DNA of 21,395 bases from Planctomycetota bacterium. GTDB taxonomy: Bacteria > Planctomycetota > UBA11346. A model generated the notes under the pieces. That model worked only from the letters and a program-made list of their open reading frames with translations. It was not told the DNA's origin and did not search any database. Shown in pieces: positions 8,201-16,198 of the stretch. The first letter of the stretch is position 1, and every line of letters starts with the position of its first letter. The translations under genes and the position numbers were made by a program. Location: the NCBI GenBank assembly GCA_038213805.1, contig JBBQSO010000087.1, positions 1-21,395 of the forward strand. The letters run 5' to 3'.

Positions 8201-11033
8201 CGGCAGCCTGACCGTGACCGTCAGCGCCGCCGGCGCCAACCAGCCGCCCAGCGTCAGCCTCAGCTCGCCGGCCAATGGCGCCTACGCCACCGCGCCGGCG
8301 GGCATCCAGCTCAACGCCACCGCCAGCGACAGCGACGGCAGCATCGCCAAGGTCGAGTTCTTCAACGGTGCGACCAAGCTGGGCGAGGACGCGAGCGCGC
8401 CGTACCAGTTCACCTGGAGCAACGTGCCGGTCGGCACCTACACCATCACCGCCAAGGCCACCGACAATCTGGGCGCAACCACCACCTCCGCAGCGGCGAC
8501 CATCACGGTGGGCACCGACATCGTCCTGCAGGCCGAAGGCTACGCCGCCAAGAACGCCATGACCGATGGCGGCGCGCTGATGGGAGGTGCCGGCAATGGC
8601 TCATGGCTGCGCTTCGACGGCGTACCCTTGGCAAGTGCCACGTACCTGCGCTTCAGCGTCAGTTATCAAGGCAACGGCGACACCGGCGTGCCGATCACTG
8701 TACGTCAGGGCTCGGCGACCGGCCCGGTGCTGGCGAGCCTCACCACCGGTGCCGCTACTGGCAGTGCCTTCGTCACGCAAGCGACAACGTTCACTTCGCC
8801 GGGCATCACGCAGGCGCTCTATGTCGTGTTCGGCGGCGGTAACGGCGCAGCCTATTACGACTGGTTCCTCATCGATTCCACGCCGGTGGACGGCGGCGGT
8901 GGCGGGAGTTCCGGCAGCGGTATGGATTCCATCGCCGTGAACCTGGGCTCCCCGGCCATGGGCACCAGCGAGAGCGCCGGCGTCGTCAGCGCTACGCATT
9001 GGACCACCATCACTGATACCGCCAGCGTCGCGCTGATGGATGGCAACGGTACCGCGACCACCGCCAGCCATGCCTTCAGCAGCAGCAACTGGGGGTTGGG
9101 GGTCAACACCGACATCGCTGATGCGGTCGGCGACGCGCGCATGCTGCGTGGCTGGGTGGACCAGACCTCGGGCCTGACCCATAGTGTCTCCGCCATCCCA
9201 TTCGCAAGCTACGACCTGTATCTCTACTTCGACCGGCTCAACGACAGCAACATCGGCAGTTTCGTACACAAGTTCACCATTACGGATGCCGCCGGTGCGG
9301 TGCTGGCCGGTCCCTTCTATGCCAAGGATGCGGCGGGTACGGCATTCGCCGGCTGGGTGGAGGTTCCCACCACCAGCACCAGCGATCAGCAGGCAAGCAC
9401 CCCGGCGGGCAATGTCCTGCGCATTCGCAACCTGACCACCGCGACCATCCGCATCATGGTCGGCTCCGGCAACGAGTCCTGGGGCCAGAACGGCTTCAGC
9501 CGCTCGGCCCTGGGCGGCTTCGAGATCGTGAGGGTTGCGGCGGGTGCCTCGGCCGGCACCCCGACCTTCTCCCCCACGCCCGGCACCTATGCATCCGCAC
9601 AGTCGGTGACCCTCGCCTGCGCCACCGGCGGCGCGACCATCCATTATACTACTGACGGCTCGACACCGACCTCGTCGTCGTTGGTCTACGGCGGGGCGAT
9701 CAGCGTCGCGAGCACCACCACCATCAAGGCGATGGCGACCGCGCCGGGCATGGGCGATAGCGCGGTCGCCAGCGCCACCTACACCATCACCAGCCCCACC
9801 ATCACCAGTCAGCCGGCAAACGTGGCGGTCGCGCCCGGCCAGACCGCGACCTTCTCCGTGACCGCGAGCGGCACCGGGCCGCTGACATACCAGTGGAAGC
9901 GCGGCGCCACCAACGTCGGCGGCAACAGCGCGACCCTGACCATCACCAACGCCCAGGTCGCCAATGCCGGCTCCTACACCTGCACGGTCACCAACAGCGC
10001 GGGCTCGGCGACCTCGAACGCGGCGATGCTGACCGTGACCAGCGCCGGCGGCAGCCTGGATCCGCTGATCCCGTGGACAACGGTGATCAGCGATGGCGGC
10101 GGGGGCTGGAGCGGCTCCGGCAACACCGCCGACAAGGCCTTCGACGGCAACACCGGCACCTTCTACGACGCGGCGGCGGGCGACAGTGCCTATGCCGGCA
10201 TCGACGTCGGCGCCGGAGGAGCCGCCACCGTCACCGCCATCCGCTACTGGGCACGCGGCGGCTGGAGCAATCGCATGATCGGCGGGGTGTTCGAAGGATC
10301 GAACAATCCGACCAGCGGCTATGCGAGCCTGGGAACGGTGGCCACGGCCTCGGATACGGCGTGGACCACGCTCACCGTGACGGGCGCCTCCGCCTACCGG
10401 TATCTGCGCTACCGCGGTCCCAGCGGCGGGTTGGCCAACGTCGCCGAGATCGAGTTCCATGGGAGGGTGGTGGGCGCATCGCCCTGGGCGAACCGGGACG
10501 TTGGCAGCACGGCGTTCGCGGGTTCGACGAGCGTCTCCAGCGGCGTCTATACCCTCCGCGGTTCGGGCGCCGACATCTGGGGCACGGTCGACGCCTGCGA
10601 GTTCGCCTCGCAGCAGCTGACGGGCGACGGATCGATCGTCGCGAGGGTGGTCTCGGTGCAGAACACCGATCCATGGGCCAAGGCCGGAGTGATGATCCGC
10701 GAGGGCACCGCCGCCGGTGCGAAGCACGCCTTCTGCTGCGCGACGGCCGGCAACGGCATCGCCTTCCAGCGCCGCCCGGTGACCGGCGCGGCCACCTCGC
10801 ACACCGCGGGGTCGCTGAGCGTGGCTCCACGGTGGGTGAAGCTGGTGCGGCAATCGACCACCATCACCGGCTATGAGTCCGCCGATGGCGTGAGCTGGAC
10901 GGTGGTGGGCTCGGCCACCATCGGCATGACCAACCCGGTCCAGATCGGCCTGGCGGTGACCAGCCACAACAACGGCGTGCTCTGCACGGCGGTGTTCGAT
11001 AACGTGATCGTGACTCCCGGTGGCAGTGGCTGA
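5205..11033 (+). CDS. Large secreted multimodular carbohydrate esterase-like protein (~1942 aa)
   Basis: Signal peptide MRTLICIFMLLATLPWSAAA; PKD-like; SGNH hydrolase (GDS 5592-5600, GHSG, GTND, DGVH 6165-6176); Big_7-like Ig; alpha/beta-hydrolase-like (GLSTG 6780-6794); beta-rich module; second PKD-like and Big_7-like; CBM6-like (LQAEGY...GSWLRF); unknown module; chitobiase/Fn3-associated (IHYTTDGSTPT); I-set Ig; discoidin/F5-8 (KAFDGNTGTFYD); C-terminal ConA/DUF1349-like (GSGADIWG, WAKAGVMIRE). Confidence 0.88.
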   Translation: MRTLICIFMLLATLPWSAAAVSTGGDQTVTLSAGAALNGSAPAGHGVQWKVKSAPANCACNFSTSGANDIPVTSVQNPTRAEFSHTGAYVLTFTDTTDNSAADVTITVTANSAGDGTVSTARTVRIMPLGDSITAASGGWRFTLQDKLSAGGYQFDFIGGRHLDKDGTHDADHEGHSGWETVSYPQSSEFGWGIDNGGSGTAGYNIDVVGLQPDLVLLMLGTNDVGRGSENASARCARLFQIVDDIWAKVPNARVMVAKIPPFNEGNRPTPISGYASNAAWIAEYNSLIGSTVATRQGQGQGKRISAVDMNAAMTVADLGDGVHPNAGGYAKIAQVWYDGIVAVTNGGGGGGGNQPPTVSLATPSGPFTAPATVNLTASASDSDGTVAKVEFFNGTTKLGEDTSSPYAFSWSSIPAGTYSLSAMTTSSAVSVTVNAAGGGGLPAGDGEHSGQVNGEGYWLPDVQNIRGMYLGGMDDPTKAFCRKWGFGIFYVGMFSLKNAPYNFPQIGAATGHPELTSGTPFIATGLSTGAGFVAKMAETYPNQMIAFIAWNTAFCFAKDNDGWNWNRPTDMDAEKVSIVDLNVAKGVPGMFVQSELDGLVGVTLGQGLFEAGRRVDAPWSYGIAPDSGHTGGSTLPAQYVPDWCDAVVANRYPIGSPLGAVDRSGDWYGNVVTRATAASAGYSGNKQKASWLPNAAWAGTWAGLTKGLPYTLPAVRAKTLPRGIIDESSIQISETLSNLPANARLWPSSSAGVGPWDYENANPTAGQHAQGKGGRWKLCADLDVGDQITPTILPNATCVTGLPASVRGCDYLRPAGQSYDASITIASFRLAQAADVTIALDNRAPAPAWMNGYSPVAGETITIHDGTSPFESPRVLNLYRRSLPAGTTVMLNGTGTQNVLMYLVIVRTSGAQANTAPTVSSGSNQTTTLANGTATVSLSAAVSDDGQVQATPTVTWSSNPSAGASFANANAASSTATFTAAGTYLLTLSAYDGQLSGSGSLTVTVSAAGANQPPSVSLSSPANGAYATAPAGIQLNATASDSDGSIAKVEFFNGATKLGEDASAPYQFTWSNVPVGTYTITAKATDNLGATTTSAAATITVGTDIVLQAEGYAAKNAMTDGGALMGGAGNGSWLRFDGVPLASATYLRFSVSYQGNGDTGVPITVRQGSATGPVLASLTTGAATGSAFVTQATTFTSPGITQALYVVFGGGNGAAYYDWFLIDSTPVDGGGGGSSGSGMDSIAVNLGSPAMGTSESAGVVSATHWTTITDTASVALMDGNGTATTASHAFSSSNWGLGVNTDIADAVGDARMLRGWVDQTSGLTHSVSAIPFASYDLYLYFDRLNDSNIGSFVHKFTITDAAGAVLAGPFYAKDAAGTAFAGWVEVPTTSTSDQQASTPAGNVLRIRNLTTATIRIMVGSGNESWGQNGFSRSALGGFEIVRVAAGASAGTPTFSPTPGTYASAQSVTLACATGGATIHYTTDGSTPTSSSLVYGGAISVASTTTIKAMATAPGMGDSAVASATYTITSPTITSQPANVAVAPGQTATFSVTASGTGPLTYQWKRGATNVGGNSATLTITNAQVANAGSYTCTVTNSAGSATSNAAMLTVTSAGGSLDPLIPWTTVISDGGGGWSGSGNTADKAFDGNTGTFYDAAAGDSAYAGIDVGAGGAATVTAIRYWARGGWSNRMIGGVFEGSNNPTSGYASLGTVATASDTAWTTLTVTGASAYRYLRYRGPSGGLANVAEIEFHGRVVGASPWANRDVGSTAFAGSTSVSSGVYTLRGSGADIWGTVDACEFASQQLTGDGSIVARVVSVQNTDPWAKAGVMIREGTAAGAKHAFCCATAGNGIAFQRRPVTGAATSHTAGSLSVAPRWVKLVRQSTTITGYESADGVSWTVVGSATIGMTNPVQIGLAVTSHNNGVLCTAVFDNVIVTPGGSG

Positions 11034-11073
11034 GCACCGTCGCGCACCCCCACCCCGAATCTCGGAGCAGACC

Positions 11074-11547
11074 ATGCGCCCCATCTTGAGCGCCCTTGTC
11101 CTGGCGATCCCCATCCTCATCGCGCTCGCCTCGTGCGGCGTGGTCAAGCAGGGGGCCGGCGCCGGCGACGACGGCGGGCCATCCTCGACGTCTGCCGCGA
11201 CGTCCGCGACGCTCGGAGAGCGCGCGGTGCCGGGCTACATACTGTCGGCCGAGCACCTGAGCGGGATCACCCCTGGCCAGCCGTGCTCGGTGCGCGTGAC
11301 GGTCACGCCGGATGCCGGCCAGCCGGCCGCGGCGAGCCTCGAGGTCTGGCTGGGGACGACCGCTTACGATCCCACGGCGGCGGTGGTGGCCGCGACGCCG
11401 GTCCCCGGTCGGACAGGCGTCTACGACGTGACCTTGGACCTGCCCCCGAGCCTGCCCGTGGATGCGACGGTATGGCTCCGCCTCACCAGCGTCGACGGCG
11501 CGGTGCTCGAGGTCGGGCGCGATGCCTTCCCGCTCGCGGCGAGGTGA
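11074..11547 (+). CDS. Hypothetical lipoprotein (157 aa)
   Basis: GGAG upstream of ATG 11074; lipobox LASC after a hydrophobic stretch; Gly/Ser/Thr linker then a beta-rich domain. Starts 40 bp after the giant gene. Confidence 0.75.
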   Translation: MRPILSALVLAIPILIALASCGVVKQGAGAGDDGGPSSTSAATSATLGERAVPGYILSAEHLSGITPGQPCSVRVTVTPDAGQPAAASLEVWLGTTAYDPTAAVVAATPVPGRTGVYDVTLDLPPSLPVDATVWLRLTSVDGAVLEVGRDAFPLAAR

Positions 11548-11566
11548 CTGGCCGATTCTGGGTCGG

Positions 11567-11596
11567 AAAAAACCCTGGAGCATCACGGGTCCAGGG
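11567..11596 (-). terminator. Possible intrinsic terminator on the minus strand
   Basis: Minus strand reads CCCTGGA-10 nt-TCCAGGG followed by TTTTTT. Confidence 0.45.
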
Positions 11597-11809
11597 CGCC
11601 CGGCGAGGTGATGGACGCGGACCTGCTCGCGCGGCGCAGGAACGTTCTGGTCGGGTTTTATACGAAGAGATTCACTGCTGTCCAACTAACGAAGTGTGTT
11701 TTTGCATAAACACTCGGTAAATACCGTCAAATAGTGACGATGAACACGGGAACGACTTCGTTGGAGAATGCCCTTTTGGGGCAGAGCCAGCCCCTTGACA
11801 GGGGGCGGT

Positions 11810-13014
11810 ATGTATTCTGGAAGTCTGGTGTTCACACAGGTCATGGACTTCCTGCCGCTGAAAGCCTTCTGGCGTTGCGTCGCCCGATACCCAGATCGCC
11901 GCCCCAGTCGCACCTTCTCGTGCCTCGATCAATTCCTGTGCATGGCGTTCGCTCAACTGACGTGCCGCGAAAGATGGCGTTCGCTCAACTGACGTGCCGC
12001 GAAAGTCTGCGGGACATCGAATCCTGTCTGCGGGCCGTTCCTGCCAAACTGTACCACTTGGGAATTCGCGGCGTCGTATCCCGTGCGACGTTGGCCTACG
12101 CCAACGAGCATCGCGACTGGCGGATCTTCGCTGACTTCGCCCAAGTACTGATTGCCGAGGCGCGAGAACTGTACGCCAAGGATGCCGGGGTCGCTGATCT
12201 GTCGCAGACGATCTATGCGTTGGACTCCACCACCATAGATCTCTGCTTGGAGTTGTTCCCGTGGGCCAAATTTCGCCGGACCAAGGCCGCCGTGAAGTTG
12301 CACACGTTGATCGATCTGCGCGGTTCAATTCCGACCTTCATTCACATAACTGACGGTAAAGCCCACGATGTTAACGCACTGGACGTGCTCACGCCCGAGC
12401 CGGGTGCCTACTACATCATGGACCGTGGGTACCAGGATCTCGAACGGTTTCACAGGCTCCATTCCGCAGGATCGTTCTTCGTCACTCGCCCCAAGACAAC
12501 TCTCCTGCTGCGCCGCATCCAATCCCTGCCGGTCGACAAGACCACGGGAGTGAGGTCGGACTGGATCGTGCGTGCCGATGGGGTGAAAACAGCAACCGCC
12601 TATCCTGACCGGCTGCGACGTGTCCGCTTCCGCGATGTTGAAACCAAGAAGACCCTGATCTTCATCACCAACGACTTCGTCCTGCCCGCGCATGTCATCG
12701 CGGCTCTCTACAAGGCGCGATGGCAGGTCGAACTGTTCTTCAAATGGGTGAAGCAGCATCTCCACATCAAAGCCTTCTTCGGTACCTCCGAGAACGCGGT
12801 GAAGACCCAGGTCTGGATCGCCATGAGCGTCTACGTCCTGATCGCGATCCTGCGCAAGCGTCTGTCCTTGGACCATCTCACCCTCTGGCAGATCTCGCAG
12901 GTATTGAGCCTGACGAGTTTCGAGAAAACATCGGTAAATTCGCTGTTTCTGTACGAAAAAGCAGTCCCCGCAGACCCCCATGTCGGTAAGCAGTTGTCAT
13001 TTCTGGACTTCTAG
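11810..13014 (+). pseudogene. IS4-family (DUF4372-type) DDE transposase frameshifted by a 32-bp duplication
   Basis: The N-terminus MYSGSLVFTQVM...FSCLDQFLCMAFAQLT is in one frame (stop at 11992). The DDE core (ALDSTT, MDRGY, YKARWQVELFFK) is in another. Removing one repeat copy restores a 390-aa ORF. Confidence 0.9.
11942..12005 (+). repeat. Exact 32-bp tandem duplication
   Basis: ATGGCGTTCGCTCAACTGACGTGCCGCGAAAG at 11942-11973 and 11974-12005. Confidence 0.97.
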
Positions 13015-13036
13015 TTGGACAGCAGTGGAAGAGATT

Positions 13037-13219
13037 CAATGAACTGTGGTCCCGGCCGAACCAGGTGAAGGCATCGACATTGCCCTGACAGAACGACTCC
13101 GTATTCCTCGGGAGAAGATCTCGACGAACGCGAAAATCGCTGTGTGGCAGGTCCATGCACAGGAGGATCGCGTCATCCGTGCCATCGCCCTTCTGGGCGG
13201 TTACCGTTGGGGTTTCCAT
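13037..13219 (-). pseudogene. Possible degraded IS21-family (IstA) transposase fragment
   Basis: The translation LCMDLPHSD...NTESFCQGNVDAFTWFG resembles the IstA core segment as I recall it (MDLPHSD...TEAFC.G...AF.FFG). Short and decayed. Confidence 0.45.
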
Positions 13220-13294
13220 CGTAAGTTCCGTGTTCGCGGTCGAGCCTGTCCCCGTGCCCCGGTGTTGCCGAGGTGAAGGCGTAGGGACGCACGA

Positions 13295-14155
13295 TCAGCG
13301 CGCCAGGGCTCGGAAGCGCTGCGGCGAGATGCCGAAGGCCTTGCTGAACGCGCGGGAGAAGTGGAAGCCATCTGCGTATCCGAGTCGTGCGGCGACCGCG
13401 GAGACTCGCAGGTTGGAACCCGTGAGCAAATCCGCGCCGAGGAGCAGCCGGCGCTGGCGCACCATCTGCCACGGGGTTTGGCGGTCGTAACGCCGGAAGA
13501 GACGACACAGGTAGGCCGAACCGATGCCGCATGCCTTCGCGGCCTCGGCGAGGGTGGACACCTCTTCGCCAAGCTCCTCGAGCCACTTCCGGCAGCGCAG
13601 GTAGGTGGCATACGCCGGTTCCGCGATGCACCTGGGCTCGACCGCGCCCGAGGCGACGCTGAGCACGGCGGCGATGGCGAGCGCGGCGCAGAGCGCTGGT
13701 GCGCGCGGGCCGCTGGCGAACCCCGATTCTATCAGCAGATCGAGCGTGGCGCGCGCGTGCGCCGGCCTGGCCAGGTGCGCCACTGTGCCCGGCGCCAGCC
13801 CGGCTTCGGCCAGCAGCGCGGTCGCGGCCTTGCCGCCGAGATCGAGGAAGTATTTGCGCAGCGGCCGCCGGGGCGTGCAGGTGATCTCGTGCGCGATGCC
13901 GGGACCATAGACGAACACCGCTCCGGGAACGAGTTGGTGCTCGCGGCCATCCAGCAGCAATCGTCCGGTGCCCTCGACCACCAGTTCCAGGCCGAGCCAG
14001 GGGAAGGTGGCTCGGGCCATGCGGTAGTCGGGCGAGCACAGCTCCCAGCCGCCGCAGGCGACGATCAGCCCTGGCGCCGGGGCTGTGCGCAGATCGAGGT
14101 AGAAGCGCCTTGCCGCAGTGACCTGGCGGGCGAAAAAATCTGGTTCCTGGGCCAT
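13295..14155 (-). CDS. AraC-family transcriptional regulator (286 aa)
   Basis: Cupin N-domain (CGGWELC...FVYGPGIAH) and double HTH (YLCRLFRR...LGYADGFHFSRAFSKAFGISP). ATG 14155 avoids overlap with the divergent gene. Confidence 0.92.
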   Translation of the reverse strand: MAQEPDFFARQVTAARRFYLDLRTAPAPGLIVACGGWELCSPDYRMARATFPWLGLELVVEGTGRLLLDGREHQLVPGAVFVYGPGIAHEITCTPRRPLRKYFLDLGGKAATALLAEAGLAPGTVAHLARPAHARATLDLLIESGFASGPRAPALCAALAIAAVLSVASGAVEPRCIAEPAYATYLRCRKWLEELGEEVSTLAEAAKACGIGSAYLCRLFRRYDRQTPWQMVRQRRLLLGADLLTGSNLRVSAVAARLGYADGFHFSRAFSKAFGISPQRFRALAR

Positions 14156-14192
14156 AGAGAGGCCGGTAATGGTCCTGGAGGGGGTGCGCGAA

Positions 14193-14262
14193 GTCAATAA
14201 TTGGCATCCTGGGTCCACTCTCGCCATGGCCTGCCGAGGCGCGCCGGAGTAGGATGAGGGCA
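14193..14262 (+). promoter_or_regulatory. Putative AraC-activated, possibly leaderless promoter
   Basis: Imperfect direct repeats GTCAATAATTGGCAT (14193) and GTCCACTCTCGCCAT (14213), 9/15 identical and 20 bp apart. A -10-like TAGGAT (14250-14255) lies 6 nt before ATG 14262. Confidence 0.35.
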
Positions 14263-15368
14263 TGGCATCCACTACCGCATCCACTACCGCAGTCACATCC
14301 GCCAGTTCGCAGCCCACCCAGCCTGGAGCGAGCATCGACCAGGCGGCGAGCCTGCGCCTGCCGCCTGTGATCTTCGGTATCAGCGCTCTCGGCAACCTCT
14401 ACCGCACGCTGCCCGACGCGACCAAGGATGCCATCGTCGCCGCCTGCCGGCGCTGCACCGTCGGCGCGCCGGTGTTCGATGGCGCGGGCAAGTACGGCGC
14501 CGGCCTGGCGCTCGAGACGCTCGGTCGCGCGCTACGCGCCGCCGACGCCGCCGCGACGCAGGTGGTGATCAGCAACAAGCTCGGCTGGCGCCGCGTGCCG
14601 CTGAGCGGCCCCCAGCCGACCTTCGAGCCCGGAGCCTGGGTCGACCTCGCGCACGATGCGGTGCAGGACATCTCGTATGACGGCATCCTGCGTTGCTGGG
14701 CCGAGGGCGATCGCCTGCTCGGCGCTCCATACCGGGCGTCCTTGGTCTCGGTCCACGACCCCGACGAGTACGTGGCCGCCGCTGGTGAGGATGTGGGCGA
14801 ACGCGTGCGGCGGCTGGCCGACATCATCGCCGCCTATCGCGCCATCGATGAACTGCGCAGCCGCGGCGGGATCGCCTCCGTGGGCATCGGCGCCAAGGAT
14901 TGGCGCGTGGCGCGCCACGTGCTCGAGCAGGTGCGCGTCGATTGGGTGATGCTCGCCTGCTCGCTGACGGTGATGAGCCATCCTCCCGAACTGCTGGCCT
15001 GGGTGGACGAGCTCGCGCGCGGTGGCGTGCGGGTCATCGATTCGGCGCTGTTCCACGGCGGCTTCCTTACCGGCGGCGATTTTTTCGACTACCGCCGGAT
15101 CGATCCCGCGAGCGACCAGGGCCGACGCCTGCTGGCGTGGCGCGAGACCTTCCATGCTGTTTGCGCACGCCACGGGGTGACGCCGGCTCACGCCTGCGTG
15201 CAATTCGCCCGCATGGTCCCGGGCGTGGTCAGCGTCGCGCTCAACACCTCGGATCCGGCGCGAGTGCCTGTGAACATCGACATGGCCACCCGCGCGGTCC
15301 CGTCGGCGCTATGGCGCGACCTCGCCGATGCGCGGCTTATCGACGGGAAGTTGGCGTTCCTGCCGTGA
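14262..15368 (+). CDS. Aldo/keto reductase, L-galactose/L-fucose (D-threo-aldose) 1-dehydrogenase-like
   Basis: FGISALGNLY, FDGAGKYGAGLA, ISNKLG, DISYDGI, VHDPD and IGAKDW motifs. Confidence 0.88.
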   Translation: MASTTASTTAVTSASSQPTQPGASIDQAASLRLPPVIFGISALGNLYRTLPDATKDAIVAACRRCTVGAPVFDGAGKYGAGLALETLGRALRAADAAATQVVISNKLGWRRVPLSGPQPTFEPGAWVDLAHDAVQDISYDGILRCWAEGDRLLGAPYRASLVSVHDPDEYVAAAGEDVGERVRRLADIIAAYRAIDELRSRGGIASVGIGAKDWRVARHVLEQVRVDWVMLACSLTVMSHPPELLAWVDELARGGVRVIDSALFHGGFLTGGDFFDYRRIDPASDQGRRLLAWRETFHAVCARHGVTPAHACVQFARMVPGVVSVALNTSDPARVPVNIDMATRAVPSALWRDLADARLIDGKLAFLP

Positions 15369-16198
15369 TCATCGATGCCCATCATCACCTGTGGCGCTTC
15401 GATCCGGTCGAGTTCGCATGGATCGGCGCAGATGATCACGCGCTGCGTCGTGACTTCACCTTGCCTGACCTGCAGTCCGAGCTGAGCGCGTCGGGTATCG
15501 ATGGCAGCGTAGCGGTTCAGGCGCGGCAGAACCTGACCGAAACCATGTGGCTGCTGGCCATGGCGCGGCGTTCGCCCTTGATCCGTGGCGTGGTCGGCTG
15601 GGTGCCGCTCGCCGATCCGGCGGTGGGCGAAATACTGAGCATGCTCGCCGAGGATCCCCGCCTGGTCGGCGTGCGCCACGTCGTGCAAGGCGAAGCCGAC
15701 CCTGAGTTTCTGCTGCGGCCCGGGATCGCGCGCGGGATCGCCTGCCTCGCCGAGCACGATCTCGTCTACGACCTGCTGGTGCGCGACCATCAGCTGCCAC
15801 AGGCCATCGCCTGCGTCGACGCGCACCCAAGCGTGCGCTTCACGCTCGACCACGCCGGGAAGCCTTCGTTCCGCTCCGGGCTAGAACCATGGGCCAGCCG
15901 CATTCACGAGCTCGCCCGCCGGCCGAATGTCTTCTGCAAGCTCTCGGGCCTCGCCACCGAGGCGGGGCCGGACTGGAGCATTCACCAGCTGCGTCCATGG
16001 GTCGAGGTGCTGATCAACGCATTCGGTCCGCGGCGCCTGCTCTTCGGCAGCGACTGGCCGGTATGCCTGCTCGCCACCAGCTATACCCGCTGGCTCGACG
16101 CCGTGCGCGCCCAGATTGTCGGCCTGACCACGGACGAGCGCGCGGCCGTGCTGGGCGGAACCGCTCGTTCCATCTATCTCTTGAAGGACCCCACATGA
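15365..16198 (+). CDS. Amidohydrolase-family sugar lactonase (L-fucono/L-galactono-1,5-lactonase-like, 277 aa)
   Basis: IIDAHHHLW, VAVQA, VGVRH, LDHAGKP, CKLSGL and LFGSDWPV motifs. GTGA overlap with the upstream stop. Confidence 0.9.
   Translation: MIIDAHHHLWRFDPVEFAWIGADDHALRRDFTLPDLQSELSASGIDGSVAVQARQNLTETMWLLAMARRSPLIRGVVGWVPLADPAVGEILSMLAEDPRLVGVRHVVQGEADPEFLLRPGIARGIACLAEHDLVYDLLVRDHQLPQAIACVDAHPSVRFTLDHAGKPSFRSGLEPWASRIHELARRPNVFCKLSGLATEAGPDWSIHQLRPWVEVLINAFGPRRLLFGSDWPVCLLATSYTRWLDAVRAQIVGLTTDERAAVLGGTARSIYLLKDPT

Larger units (their letters stand above)
11673..13027 (+). mobile_element. IS4-family insertion sequence, 1355 bp
   Basis: Perfect 16-bp TIR CACTGCTGTCCAACTA (11673-11688 / 13012-13027), flanked by a 9-bp direct repeat GAAGAGATT (11664-11672 / 13028-13036). 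Confidence 0.96.

Noticed and set aside
8601..11147. 848-aa minus-strand ORF, and similar ones at 6432-7943, 5253-6176, 3853-4809 and 16174-17121
   Set aside because: Antisense shadows of well-supported high-GC genes, with no recognisable motifs.
11734..11973. N-terminal part of the 426-aa transposase ORF in the track
   Set aside because: It is an out-of-frame read-through created by the 32-bp duplication. The family-like N-terminus starts at ATG 11810 in another frame.
13173..14207. 344-aa minus and 279-aa plus ORFs overlapping araC
   Set aside because: Alternative-frame, Arg/Pro-rich or motif-free translations. The AraC frame explains the region.
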